Shown here in pieces: positions 28,612 to 36,614 of a DNA stretch of 64,000 nt. The stretch comes from an uncultured Pelagibacteraceae bacterium (GTDB lineage Bacteria > Pseudomonadota > Alphaproteobacteria > Pelagibacterales > Pelagibacteraceae): positions 875 to 64,874 of the forward strand of contig CACEMI010000007.1 of the NCBI GenBank assembly GCA_902560585.1, given 5' to 3'. The notes beneath the pieces are model-generated. The model was not told the origin of the DNA and ran no database searches. It worked only from the letters and a program-made list of their open reading frames with translations. Both the position numbers and the translations under genes were made by a program. Position 1 is the stretch's first letter. The number at the start of each line of letters is the position of its first letter.

Positions 28612-28881
28612 ATGGTAAAAATGGTTGGTAACTTTGAGGTAAAAGACTGGGCTCATTGGAAAAAAATGTTTGATGAACATTCTGGCCCAAGAGAAGCAGC
28701 AGGTATTAAAACTATTTACGTTGGAAATGAAATAGAAAATCCAAATAAAGTACATATTGTGATGGAAACACCAGCAGCAGACACTATGCAAAAATTTATG
28801 CAGAGCCCAGAGAATGCTAAAGTAATTGCGGAATCTGGACATAAACAAGAGACAACAGTAATGAGCGTTTGCTCTGATTAA
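28612..28881 (+). CDS. Small alpha+beta-barrel protein, DUF3764-like
   Basis: VKDWAHWKKMFD, NPNKVHIV and VIAESGH patterns; ATG at 28612 after a G-rich RBS. Confidence 0.7.
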   Translation: MVKMVGNFEVKDWAHWKKMFDEHSGPREAAGIKTIYVGNEIENPNKVHIVMETPAADTMQKFMQSPENAKVIAESGHKQETTVMSVCSD

Positions 28882-28907
28882 ATTAACAAAAAAAAAGGAG
28901 ATATATT

Positions 28908-29201
28908 ATGTTTGTAAAAATAGAACAAAAACTTTTAAAAGGTTTTAATTCTTGGAAGGAAATGATGCTTGCAAATAGTGAGAAACTTAAAAAGTATGGA
29001 ATGACAATAGCTTTTGCAGGTGCAGATAAAGAAGATGATAATGCTATGACTGTAGTTATTCATTTTGAATCACCCGAGGGCTTAAAAGGTTTTGGTGGAG
29101 ATGCAGAACTAACTCAAGCAAGAATAGATTCTGGAGTAATAATGGACCAATCTAAAATGACCATGATGACTGATGAATCTGTAATGAACCACAAAGGATA
29201 A
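28908..29201 (+). CDS. Small alpha+beta-barrel protein, DUF3764-like
   Basis: FNSWKEM, KEDDNAMTVVIHF and ARIDSGV; AAGGAG RBS. Confidence 0.65.
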   Translation: MFVKIEQKLLKGFNSWKEMMLANSEKLKKYGMTIAFAGADKEDDNAMTVVIHFESPEGLKGFGGDAELTQARIDSGVIMDQSKMTMMTDESVMNHKG

Positions 29202-29206
29202 TTCTA

Positions 29207-29692
29207 ATGATGAAAAAAATATATGTAATTATGTTTTTTTTAATATTTACAACATCAAGTTTTGCAGATGGTCATAAAGGAAAAATTGATCTTAAAGGTT
29301 TTATTGTTGGAGATAACAAATTTCTTACTGATAACGTGGGTAACTTTTTAACTTTTACTTACGATGGAGTTGGAGGATTAATGGCAGTCGAAGGTACAAC
29401 ATTCATGGATAATGCTTCACAATATTGCATTGGCGCAGGTACAATCCCAGGAAAGGGATTTGAAATGGGACACTGTAAAATAAATCAAATGGATGGGGAT
29501 ACTATTTTTACATACTACGAAATTCCACTTGGAGACTCAATGAATGGTACATTTAAATGCTTAGGGGGAACAGGAAAATATAAAGGTATAGAATGTAGTG
29601 GCGCAACAGGTTACACACAAATTAACTCAGCCCAAGAAAATAAATTTGCCTCATCAATTTATTTTAAAGGTGGATATTCTTTAATGAAATAA
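29207..29692 (+). CDS. Secreted beta-rich hypothetical protein (allene-oxide-cyclase/dirigent-like barrel possible)
   Basis: Signal peptide ending SFA, four Cys, GGTGKYKGI motif. Confidence 0.65.
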   Translation: MMKKIYVIMFFLIFTTSSFADGHKGKIDLKGFIVGDNKFLTDNVGNFLTFTYDGVGGLMAVEGTTFMDNASQYCIGAGTIPGKGFEMGHCKINQMDGDTIFTYYEIPLGDSMNGTFKCLGGTGKYKGIECSGATGYTQINSAQENKFASSIYFKGGYSLMK

Positions 29693-29745
29693 TTGAATAA
29701 TCATTAGATTAATTTAAAATACGAAATAAAAAAAAGGAAAAAAAA

Positions 29746-30033
29746 ATGAAATACTATATGGTAACTCACACTTTTAAATCTAAAGAAATGAAAGACAAAT
29801 TTAACGAGGTTTTAGGCGGCATGTCCAGAGAAGATATGATTAAATCTTCCACTAGCGATAAAGCTAAATGCCAAATGACATATTACACTCCAGGTGATAC
29901 TATGACAATGTTTTGTCATTGGATGGCAGAAAGTACTGATGCTATTAATGAACAGCTTTCTCAGATGAATGATTTTTTTGAACCTCACCAATTTACTGAG
30001 GTTAAAGAAGAAGTTTTCGATTTTAACAAATAG
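29746..30033 (+). CDS. Small alpha+beta-barrel hypothetical protein (DUF4242/DUF3303-like)
   Basis: YMVTHTF start and FCHWMAESTDAI pattern; AAGGA RBS. Confidence 0.6.
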   Translation: MKYYMVTHTFKSKEMKDKFNEVLGGMSREDMIKSSTSDKAKCQMTYYTPGDTMTMFCHWMAESTDAINEQLSQMNDFFEPHQFTEVKEEVFDFNK

Positions 30034-30042
30034 GAGGAAAAA

Positions 30043-30333
30043 ATGGAAAAAGAAGTTTTAGTGATCGTAGATTTGAAAGAAGGAAAACTTGAAAAATTTA
30101 TGGGATGGATGCAATCAGATGAGGGTATGAGTGTAAGAAAATCAGCAGCTCATCCAGAAAAAACTATAGGAGCAGTAAAGCCAGATAAAAGTGGTGTAAT
30201 GTTTAAAGTATTTGTTCATAATATGGAAAAAATGAAAGAACTAGTATCTGGCACACATCCAGTTGCTAAGCCAATTTACGATGAGTGTGTTGAGAAAATG
30301 ACTGCTTGGGATTTGACTAAAGTTGAAATGTAA
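30043..30333 (+). CDS. Small hypothetical protein, probable ferredoxin-like alpha+beta fold
   Basis: AGGAGG RBS; VIVDLKEGKLEKF start resembles ABM/Dabb proteins. Confidence 0.6.
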   Translation: MEKEVLVIVDLKEGKLEKFMGWMQSDEGMSVRKSAAHPEKTIGAVKPDKSGVMFKVFVHNMEKMKELVSGTHPVAKPIYDECVEKMTAWDLTKVEM

Positions 30334-30334
30334 T

Positions 30335-30658
30335 ATGGCAAAATATTATGTAATTGGAAAAGTAAGTAAGGAGCTTTTACATCGAATGCAGAAAGATCCA
30401 TCAGCTGACAGATTTGCTTCAACAAAAAAAGTTGTTGAAGCTGTAGGAGGTAAAATGATTAGTTATGAGTGGGTTCGTGGTAGATTTGATGTAATGTGTT
30501 GCGTTGAAGGAGACGCTGAAACTGTTGTTGGAATGAAAGTAGCTTTTTTAAATTCAGGACTTATGGATGAATTAATGATCCATGAGGTAATTGATTATAA
30601 TAAAGCATTTGGAAAAGCTGCTGATGCAGCCAAATCAGTAGTCAAACCCGCAGAATAA
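30335..30658 (+). CDS. GYD-domain protein
   Basis: MAKYYVIG, DR...KKVVEAVGGK and RGRFDV patterns; ATG at 30335. Confidence 0.75.
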   Translation: MAKYYVIGKVSKELLHRMQKDPSADRFASTKKVVEAVGGKMISYEWVRGRFDVMCCVEGDAETVVGMKVAFLNSGLMDELMIHEVIDYNKAFGKAADAAKSVVKPAE

Positions 30659-30689
30659 ATTATAATTAATTTATTGAAAGGAGAAGATA

Positions 30690-30977
30690 ATGAGCGCATA
30701 TCTATTGGCGAATATAACAGTAAATAACCCTGAGAATTACAAAGAGTACGTTGAGAAAGTAAAATCCATTGTTGAAAAATTTGATGGAGAGTATTTGGTT
30801 AGAGGGGGAGAAATGTCTGTTATAGAAGGTGATTGGCCTCACAAAAGAAATATTGTTATTAAATTTCCATCTCATGAAAAAGCAATGGAGTGGTACAATT
30901 CTGAAGAATATAAACCAATTAGACAAATAAGACACGACAATGCTGTGTCAAATTCTATAATTGTTGATGGAGTTTAA
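30690..30977 (+). CDS. DUF1330 domain protein
   Basis: GEYLVRGG, EGDW..RNIVIKFPS and WYNSEEY motifs. Confidence 0.9.
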   Translation: MSAYLLANITVNNPENYKEYVEKVKSIVEKFDGEYLVRGGEMSVIEGDWPHKRNIVIKFPSHEKAMEWYNSEEYKPIRQIRHDNAVSNSIIVDGV

Positions 30978-31011
30978 ATATAATAATTTTACAAAAACTA
31001 AGGAGATTAAA

Positions 31012-31332
31012 ATGTCAATATTAGAAAAATATAGCGCGGCTATAAAAGATAAAGATGAAGCAGCAATGAATGAGCTTTTGCATGATGATTTTAAATTTAC
31101 TATGCATAAATCAGGTAATACTTTAAGCAAATCTGATGTGATCAAATGGGCCATGAGTGGAGATATTAAACAGAGAGACACTAGAATTATTTACGAAAAT
31201 GATGAGGTTGGAGTACATCATGCCTTTGTAACATTTGACGATGGTAATGTTGAAGCAGTAATGGCAGTTTACAAATATGATAATGGAAAAATCATGAGTT
31301 TAGAGACTGGCGCAACTCCTATGCCAAAATAA
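31012..31332 (+). CDS. SnoaL/NTF2-like small protein (paralogue of 28194-28520)
   Basis: AAGGAG RBS, ATG at 31012; LLHDDF, YENDEVG and LETGATPMPK. Confidence 0.82.
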   Translation: MSILEKYSAAIKDKDEAAMNELLHDDFKFTMHKSGNTLSKSDVIKWAMSGDIKQRDTRIIYENDEVGVHHAFVTFDDGNVEAVMAVYKYDNGKIMSLETGATPMPK

Positions 31333-31829
31333 TGAAAAAGCTTATACTTTTATTTGTTTTAATAGCCTTTAATTCAAATGCAGCGTCAATGAAGATGATT
31401 GGATCTAAGGGTGATCCGAATGAAGTAACCAGAGTAATAGAAGTAAAGATGTATGACAATTATTATGAACCAAGCTCAATTAAAGTGAAAAAAGGTGAAA
31501 CTGTAAAAATAATTGTAAAAAATTTGGGTGAACTTGTTCATGAATATAATATTGCTACAAAAGAGATGCATATAAAACATCAGCCTGAAATGGCAAGATT
31601 AATAGAGCATGATATTTTATTAGGAGATAGTATCGATCATGCTAAGATGAAAGAAATGTCTAAAAAAGATCACTCGCTTGGGCATAAACATGCTAATAGC
31701 GTGATGTTAGAACCTAGTAAAACTGGAGAGATAATTTGGAAATTTTCCAAAGATATAGCTTTAGAAATGGCATGCAATATTCCTGGTCATTACGAAAGTG
31801 GAATGGTTGGGCCAATAATTATTGAGTAA
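31332..31829 (+). CDS. Periplasmic cupredoxin with His/Met-rich insert (CopI-like)
   Basis: Signal peptide, GELVHEY, ACNIPGHYESGM type-1 Cu site, DHAKMKEMSKKDHSLGHKH insert. Confidence 0.85.
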   Translation: MKKLILLFVLIAFNSNAASMKMIGSKGDPNEVTRVIEVKMYDNYYEPSSIKVKKGETVKIIVKNLGELVHEYNIATKEMHIKHQPEMARLIEHDILLGDSIDHAKMKEMSKKDHSLGHKHANSVMLEPSKTGEIIWKFSKDIALEMACNIPGHYESGMVGPIIIE

Positions 31830-31878
31830 CATCAAAATTTTGTAGATATTAATTTTAGATAATATTATTCTTTTTTAA

Positions 31879-32214
31879 ATGAGTAATATAACTTCTTACA
31901 TAATATTAATTATTGCAGTTGCTTTAGGGACTGCTGCAAATGGATTTGCTAAAGCTGCGAATGGTTTTACAATTTTTTTACCAAGTATTTTTACTGCGAT
32001 AGCTATAATTGCTTGTATGTACACATTGTCCTTAGTTATGAAAACTATACCTGTTGGAATAACTTATGCTTCATTTGCTGGATTATGTATAATTGCAACT
32101 TCTATAGTTGGAATTTACAAATTTAATCAAATTCCAGACTTATTTACAATCATTGGTCTAATACTAATCATTTCAGGAGTATTGATTGTAAATTTAGTTG
32201 GAAAATCAAGTTAA
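31879..32214 (+). CDS. SMR-family small membrane transporter lacking the Glu14 equivalent
   Basis: 111 aa, four TM helices, KAANGFT and IPVGITYASFAGL. Confidence 0.82.
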   Translation: MSNITSYIILIIAVALGTAANGFAKAANGFTIFLPSIFTAIAIIACMYTLSLVMKTIPVGITYASFAGLCIIATSIVGIYKFNQIPDLFTIIGLILIISGVLIVNLVGKSS

Positions 32215-32215
32215 C

Positions 32216-32563
32216 TTATTTAATTTCACTTGGTATTTTATGATTGCCATCTTCTTTTAGATCCAAAGAATATTCTTTAACTACACAATCTATATCAAAA
32301 TCTGAGTATAGATGAGGAAACATGTCTCCAGAAGATGATTGTTCCCAAACTAATTTCTGAAGTTTAAGTGCGTCTACTTTTAAAAGTACTAAATTAGGTT
32401 GATTTAAATAAAATTTATTAAGTGTCTGTTTTACTTGATTTATATCAGAAAAATGGATGAAACCGTCCTTTAAATCAAGGGATGTGCCTTTAAAAATTTT
32501 ATTTTCTTTTGCATCATTCCATTCAGATTTTGTACAAATTTTGTAAACAAAATCAAAATTCAT
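32216..32563 (-). CDS. DUF952 domain protein
   Basis: YKIC...EW, DLKDGFIHFS and WE....FPHLY motifs. Confidence 0.9.
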   Translation of the reverse strand: MNFDFVYKICTKSEWNDAKENKIFKGTSLDLKDGFIHFSDINQVKQTLNKFYLNQPNLVLLKVDALKLQKLVWEQSSSGDMFPHLYSDFDIDCVVKEYSLDLKEDGNHKIPSEIK

Positions 32564-32564
32564 T

Positions 32565-32957
32565 TTATTTTAGAAAATCATCGACTTCTACTTGGTATCC
32601 CTCAACTAGTCGATTTGTTTCATTTGCCATTCCAACTATTGCAATCATTTCATTTATCATCTCATCAGTGGCACCCTTTTTTTTTGCGGCCAATGTGTGA
32701 GATTTAATACAATACTCACAAGCATTTGTTATTGATACAGCAACATAAATTAATTCTTTAATCTCTGGCGCTAGAGCTCCTTTTTTCATTACTTGTTGTA
32801 GTGATCTCCAAGTCCTTTCTAGCGTTTCTGGACTGTTAGCCATAGTTTTCCAGAAATTTGGAATTTCAGTAATTTGTCTTGCTTCTTTTATTTCATCAAA
32901 AATTTCTTTTACTTTTCCAGATGCTTCTTTATCTGAAATTTTGTTAAACACTGTCAT
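32565..32957 (-). CDS. Carboxymuconolactone decarboxylase/AhpD-family protein
   Basis: KELIYVAVSITNACEYCIKSH (CxxC-xxxH). Confidence 0.9.
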   Translation of the reverse strand: MTVFNKISDKEASGKVKEIFDEIKEARQITEIPNFWKTMANSPETLERTWRSLQQVMKKGALAPEIKELIYVAVSITNACEYCIKSHTLAAKKKGATDEMINEMIAIVGMANETNRLVEGYQVEVDDFLK

Positions 32958-32969
32958 AATTTTCTCCTT

Positions 32970-34652
32970 TTAGTTATAAATTGACTCAATTTTTGGCATT
33001 AATTTTAATAGTTCCTTTGTATAATTATGTTTAGGATTTTTAAACAATTCCTCTGTTTCAGAAACCTCACATAATTTTCCATCTTTAAGTACAGCTATTT
33101 TATCACACATTTGTCTAACTACAGGTAAATCGTGGCTGATAAACAAAATAGTTAAATTTAATTGTTCTTGTAAATCTTTTAATAAGTTTAAGATTTGAGC
33201 CTGAATACTAACATCAAGGGCTGAGGTTGGTTCATCACAAACAAGAAGTCTAGGCTGCGTGGCTAATGCTCTTGCAATTGATATTCTTTGTCTTTGACCA
33301 CCAGAAAACTCATGAGGGTATCTTATTGCAGATTGTTGACTTAATTCTACAGACTCTAATAAATCGTAAATATAATTATCTAAATCCATAGATTTTATAT
33401 TTGGGTTATGAAGTTTAATTGGTTCTGCAATAATTTCTTTTACTTTGAGTCTACCATTTAAAGAGGAAAATGGGTCTTGAAAGATCATCTGAATTTGTCT
33501 TCTAAATTTTAACAAATCTTTATTTTTTTTGATCTTAGTAACATTTACATTATCAAAAAATATATCCCCAGAACTTGGTTTAAATAAATTCACAACCATT
33601 TTTGCTATAGTTGTTTTACCACTACCACTCTCACCAACTAGACCAAATGATTTACCTTCCTTAATATCAAAAGAAACATCATCTACTGCCATTACTGAAT
33701 TTTTTGTATTTTCAGTGAAAAAACTATCATCGAAAGATTTACTCAAATTTTGGATTTTAACTAAGTTTTGATCTACAATACTTTTTTTAGACCATCTGTT
33801 TAATATTTTGATATTATTATTTTGATTATTTAAATTCTCTTTTTCAATAATTGTAAACCTTGATATTTTTTTATTTGTTGGTGGTACTGAGCTAACTAGA
33901 CTTTTTGTATATTTTTCTTTTGGTTCTACTAAAACTTGCTTTGTTGGGCCAATCTCCACCAGGTCTCCATTTTTCATTACAGCTACTCTATCTGTAGTTT
34001 CTGCAATTACACCCATATCATGTGTTATGAGTATGACAGCTAAATTTCTCTCCCTAGTTAACTTTTTTATTAATTCAAGAATTTGGGATTGTATTGAAAC
34101 ATCCAGTGCTGTAGTAGGTTCATCTGCAATTAATAATTCTGGCTCACAACACAAAGCTAGAGAAATAACAACTCTTTGTCTCATACCTCCAGAAAATTGA
34201 TGAGGATAATTGCTAAATCTTTTTTTTGCTTCTTTTATACCTACCTCTGTCAATAGATTGATTGCTTTGTTTTTTGCTGCATCTGTACTTATATTTAAAT
34301 GAGTTTGTATTGTTTCAATGAGTTGTTCTCCTACAGTAAGAATTGGATTTAAAGAAGTTTGTGGATCTTGAAATATCAATCCTATTTTTTTTCCTCTGTA
34401 TTGAACTATAGTTTCTGGATTTTCACTGATATTTGTTTCACCCATAAATATTGACCCGCTTGAAATTTTACCTGGCTCATCAATCAAGTTTACTATAGCG
34501 TTAGCTACGGTACTTTTTCCCGAACCAGACTCGCCAACTATTCCAACTATTTCACCTTTATTAATATCTATATTTATGTTTTTGGCAGCATTTACTGTTT
34601 CTTTCCTCATTTTATAGTCAATGCTTAAGTTATTTATTTTTAGAAACGTCAT
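32970..34652 (-). CDS. Peptide ABC transporter, fused double ATP-binding protein
   Basis: Two GESGSGK Walker A motifs, YPHQFSGG and YPHEFSGG signatures. Confidence 0.95.
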   Translation of the reverse strand: MTFLKINNLSIDYKMRKETVNAAKNINIDINKGEIVGIVGESGSGKSTVANAIVNLIDEPGKISSGSIFMGETNISENPETIVQYRGKKIGLIFQDPQTSLNPILTVGEQLIETIQTHLNISTDAAKNKAINLLTEVGIKEAKKRFSNYPHQFSGGMRQRVVISLALCCEPELLIADEPTTALDVSIQSQILELIKKLTRERNLAVILITHDMGVIAETTDRVAVMKNGDLVEIGPTKQVLVEPKEKYTKSLVSSVPPTNKKISRFTIIEKENLNNQNNNIKILNRWSKKSIVDQNLVKIQNLSKSFDDSFFTENTKNSVMAVDDVSFDIKEGKSFGLVGESGSGKTTIAKMVVNLFKPSSGDIFFDNVNVTKIKKNKDLLKFRRQIQMIFQDPFSSLNGRLKVKEIIAEPIKLHNPNIKSMDLDNYIYDLLESVELSQQSAIRYPHEFSGGQRQRISIARALATQPRLLVCDEPTSALDVSIQAQILNLLKDLQEQLNLTILFISHDLPVVRQMCDKIAVLKDGKLCEVSETEELFKNPKHNYTKELLKLMPKIESIYN

Positions 34653-35587
34653 TTTTTAAGCTTTGGATTAAGTGTGTCTCTCATCCAATCTCCTAATAAA
34701 TTAATTGAGAACGCAAGAATAACTAAGAATATTGCTGGAAAAAAAGTTATCCACCACTCACCTGAAAATAAAAAGTCATTTCCTAATCTAATTAATGTAC
34801 CTAATGATGGTGTTGTTGGAGGAACTCCAACTCCTAAAAAACTCAATGTTGACTCAGCTATTATTGCAAGTGCCAGACCAATAGTTCCTATAACTAAAAC
34901 AGGTCTCATAATATTTGGTAAAATATGTTTGAACATTATCAGTAAATTTGAAACTCCTATAATGGATGAAGCTGAAACATAATCTTTATTTTTTTCTACT
35001 AAAGTTGCAGCACGAGAAACTCTTGCAAATTGAGGCCATTCTGAAATTCCTATAGCAAAAATTAAAACATAAATTGCCATCTCATCGTGCATTTCTCTTG
35101 AAATGATACCTCTTGCAATACCATCTACTAGTAAGGCCATCAATATACTAGGTACAGTCAACTGAACATCAGTTAATCTCATAACTATCATTTCATATTT
35201 TCCACCAAAGTATCCTGCTGTTAGACCTAGTGAGACACCTAAAATTAGACTAAAAATAATTGCAGAAAATCCAACTATTAATGAAATTCGTGAACCATAA
35301 AGTATTGTGGAAAGCATATCTCTTCCTTGTCCATCAGTACCTAGAATAAATTTTGCCATACCTTCATCAGTCCATGATGGAGGTGTAAATGCTTCCATTA
35401 ATGATAGAGATGCTGGATCAAATGGATTATGCGGGGTAACAAATTCAACAAAAAAAGAGCAAAAGAAAATTATAAACAATATTATTGAAGATACGATTGC
35501 AGTAGGAGATTTTATAAAACTAAAATAAATATCACTATCTTTGAATTTTTCCCAATGATTTAATGCTCTATTATCCACTAGTAACAT
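34649..35587 (-). CDS. Peptide ABC transporter permease (DppC-like)
   Basis: LGTDGQGRD, HILPN and LSFLGVG; a GTG start at 35578 fits the RBS better. Confidence 0.93.
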   Translation of the reverse strand: MLLVDNRALNHWEKFKDSDIYFSFIKSPTAIVSSIILFIIFFCSFFVEFVTPHNPFDPASLSLMEAFTPPSWTDEGMAKFILGTDGQGRDMLSTILYGSRISLIVGFSAIIFSLILGVSLGLTAGYFGGKYEMIVMRLTDVQLTVPSILMALLVDGIARGIISREMHDEMAIYVLIFAIGISEWPQFARVSRAATLVEKNKDYVSASSIIGVSNLLIMFKHILPNIMRPVLVIGTIGLALAIIAESTLSFLGVGVPPTTPSLGTLIRLGNDFLFSGEWWITFFPAIFLVILAFSINLLGDWMRDTLNPKLKK

Positions 35588-36554
35588 CTCCTTTAACTCT
35601 TATTCTTGGATCAATAAAATAATACAAAATATCTACTATAAAATTTATCATCACAAATACAAAAGCTATAAACACCAAATAAGCTGACATAATTGGAATA
35701 TCTACAAACTGAACTGCTTGAATAAAAAGAAAACCCATACCAGGCCATTGAAATACTGTTTCAGTGATAATTGAGAAAGCCACTAAAGTTCCAATATTTA
35801 TTCCAGCAATAGTAATTACAGGAATTAATCCATTTTTTAATGCATGTTTATAATTAATACTTTTTTCACTTATTCCCCTTGCTCTTGCAAATTTTATATA
35901 ATCAGTTTGTAAGATTTCCATCATCTCTGCTCTTACCAATCTAATTATATAAGTCATTTGAAAAAGGCTTAGCGTTACAGATGGTAGTATAATTGCTTTC
36001 AATCCTGAAATTGTTAGAAGTCCCGTTGACCAAAAACCTAGATCTATCACCTCTCCTCTTCCAAAAGATGGAAGCACTCCTAATATGACTGCAAAAAGAT
36101 AAATGAATAATATTCCAATCACAAATGTTGGAAGAGATACCCCTAGAAGAGATACTGCTAATATAAAGTCACTCAAAAAACCTTTTCTGTTAATACCCGT
36201 ATAAACCCCTAATAAAGTACCGGAAACTAATGCAATTAATGCAGAAATTAGAACTAACTCAATAGTTGCTGGCAGTCTTTCAATTATTAATTCTGAAACT
36301 GGTCTTCTAAGTTGGTATGAAATTCCAAATTCTCCCTTAGAAGCGTTAACTACGAATCTTGAAAATTGAATATGTATAGGATCGGTTAATCCAAGTGTTT
36401 CTCTTAATTCAGCTCTTTCTTCATCTGAAGTTTCTTCACCAACCATGTTGTTAATTGGATCTCCCACAAAATTAAATAAGGAAAATGAAACAAATGATAC
36501 GACGAGCATCACTATTACTGATTGAATCAAACGTTTGAAAAAATAATTTATCAA
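35571..36554 (-). CDS. Peptide ABC transporter permease (DppB-like)
   Basis: RLPATIEL, DYIKFARARG and TETVFQWPGMG. Confidence 0.93.
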   Translation of the reverse strand: MINYFFKRLIQSVIVMLVVSFVSFSLFNFVGDPINNMVGEETSDEERAELRETLGLTDPIHIQFSRFVVNASKGEFGISYQLRRPVSELIIERLPATIELVLISALIALVSGTLLGVYTGINRKGFLSDFILAVSLLGVSLPTFVIGILFIYLFAVILGVLPSFGRGEVIDLGFWSTGLLTISGLKAIILPSVTLSLFQMTYIIRLVRAEMMEILQTDYIKFARARGISEKSINYKHALKNGLIPVITIAGINIGTLVAFSIITETVFQWPGMGFLFIQAVQFVDIPIMSAYLVFIAFVFVMINFIVDILYYFIDPRIRVKGDVTSG

Positions 36555-36571
36555 TTTAAGAAATTTTATAG

Positions 36572-36605
36572 TTACAAGCCCTTTATTTAATTAAAGGGCT
36601 TGTAA
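36572..36605 (-). terminator. Stem-loop after the binding-protein gene
   Basis: Perfect 14-bp inverted repeat ttacaagcccttta...taaagggcttgtaa. Confidence 0.75.
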
Positions 36606-36614
36606 AAAAGTTAT

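Noticed and set aside
27802-31332. Integron cassette array
   Set aside because: Spacers are very short and contain no attC-like inverted repeats; no integrase in the window
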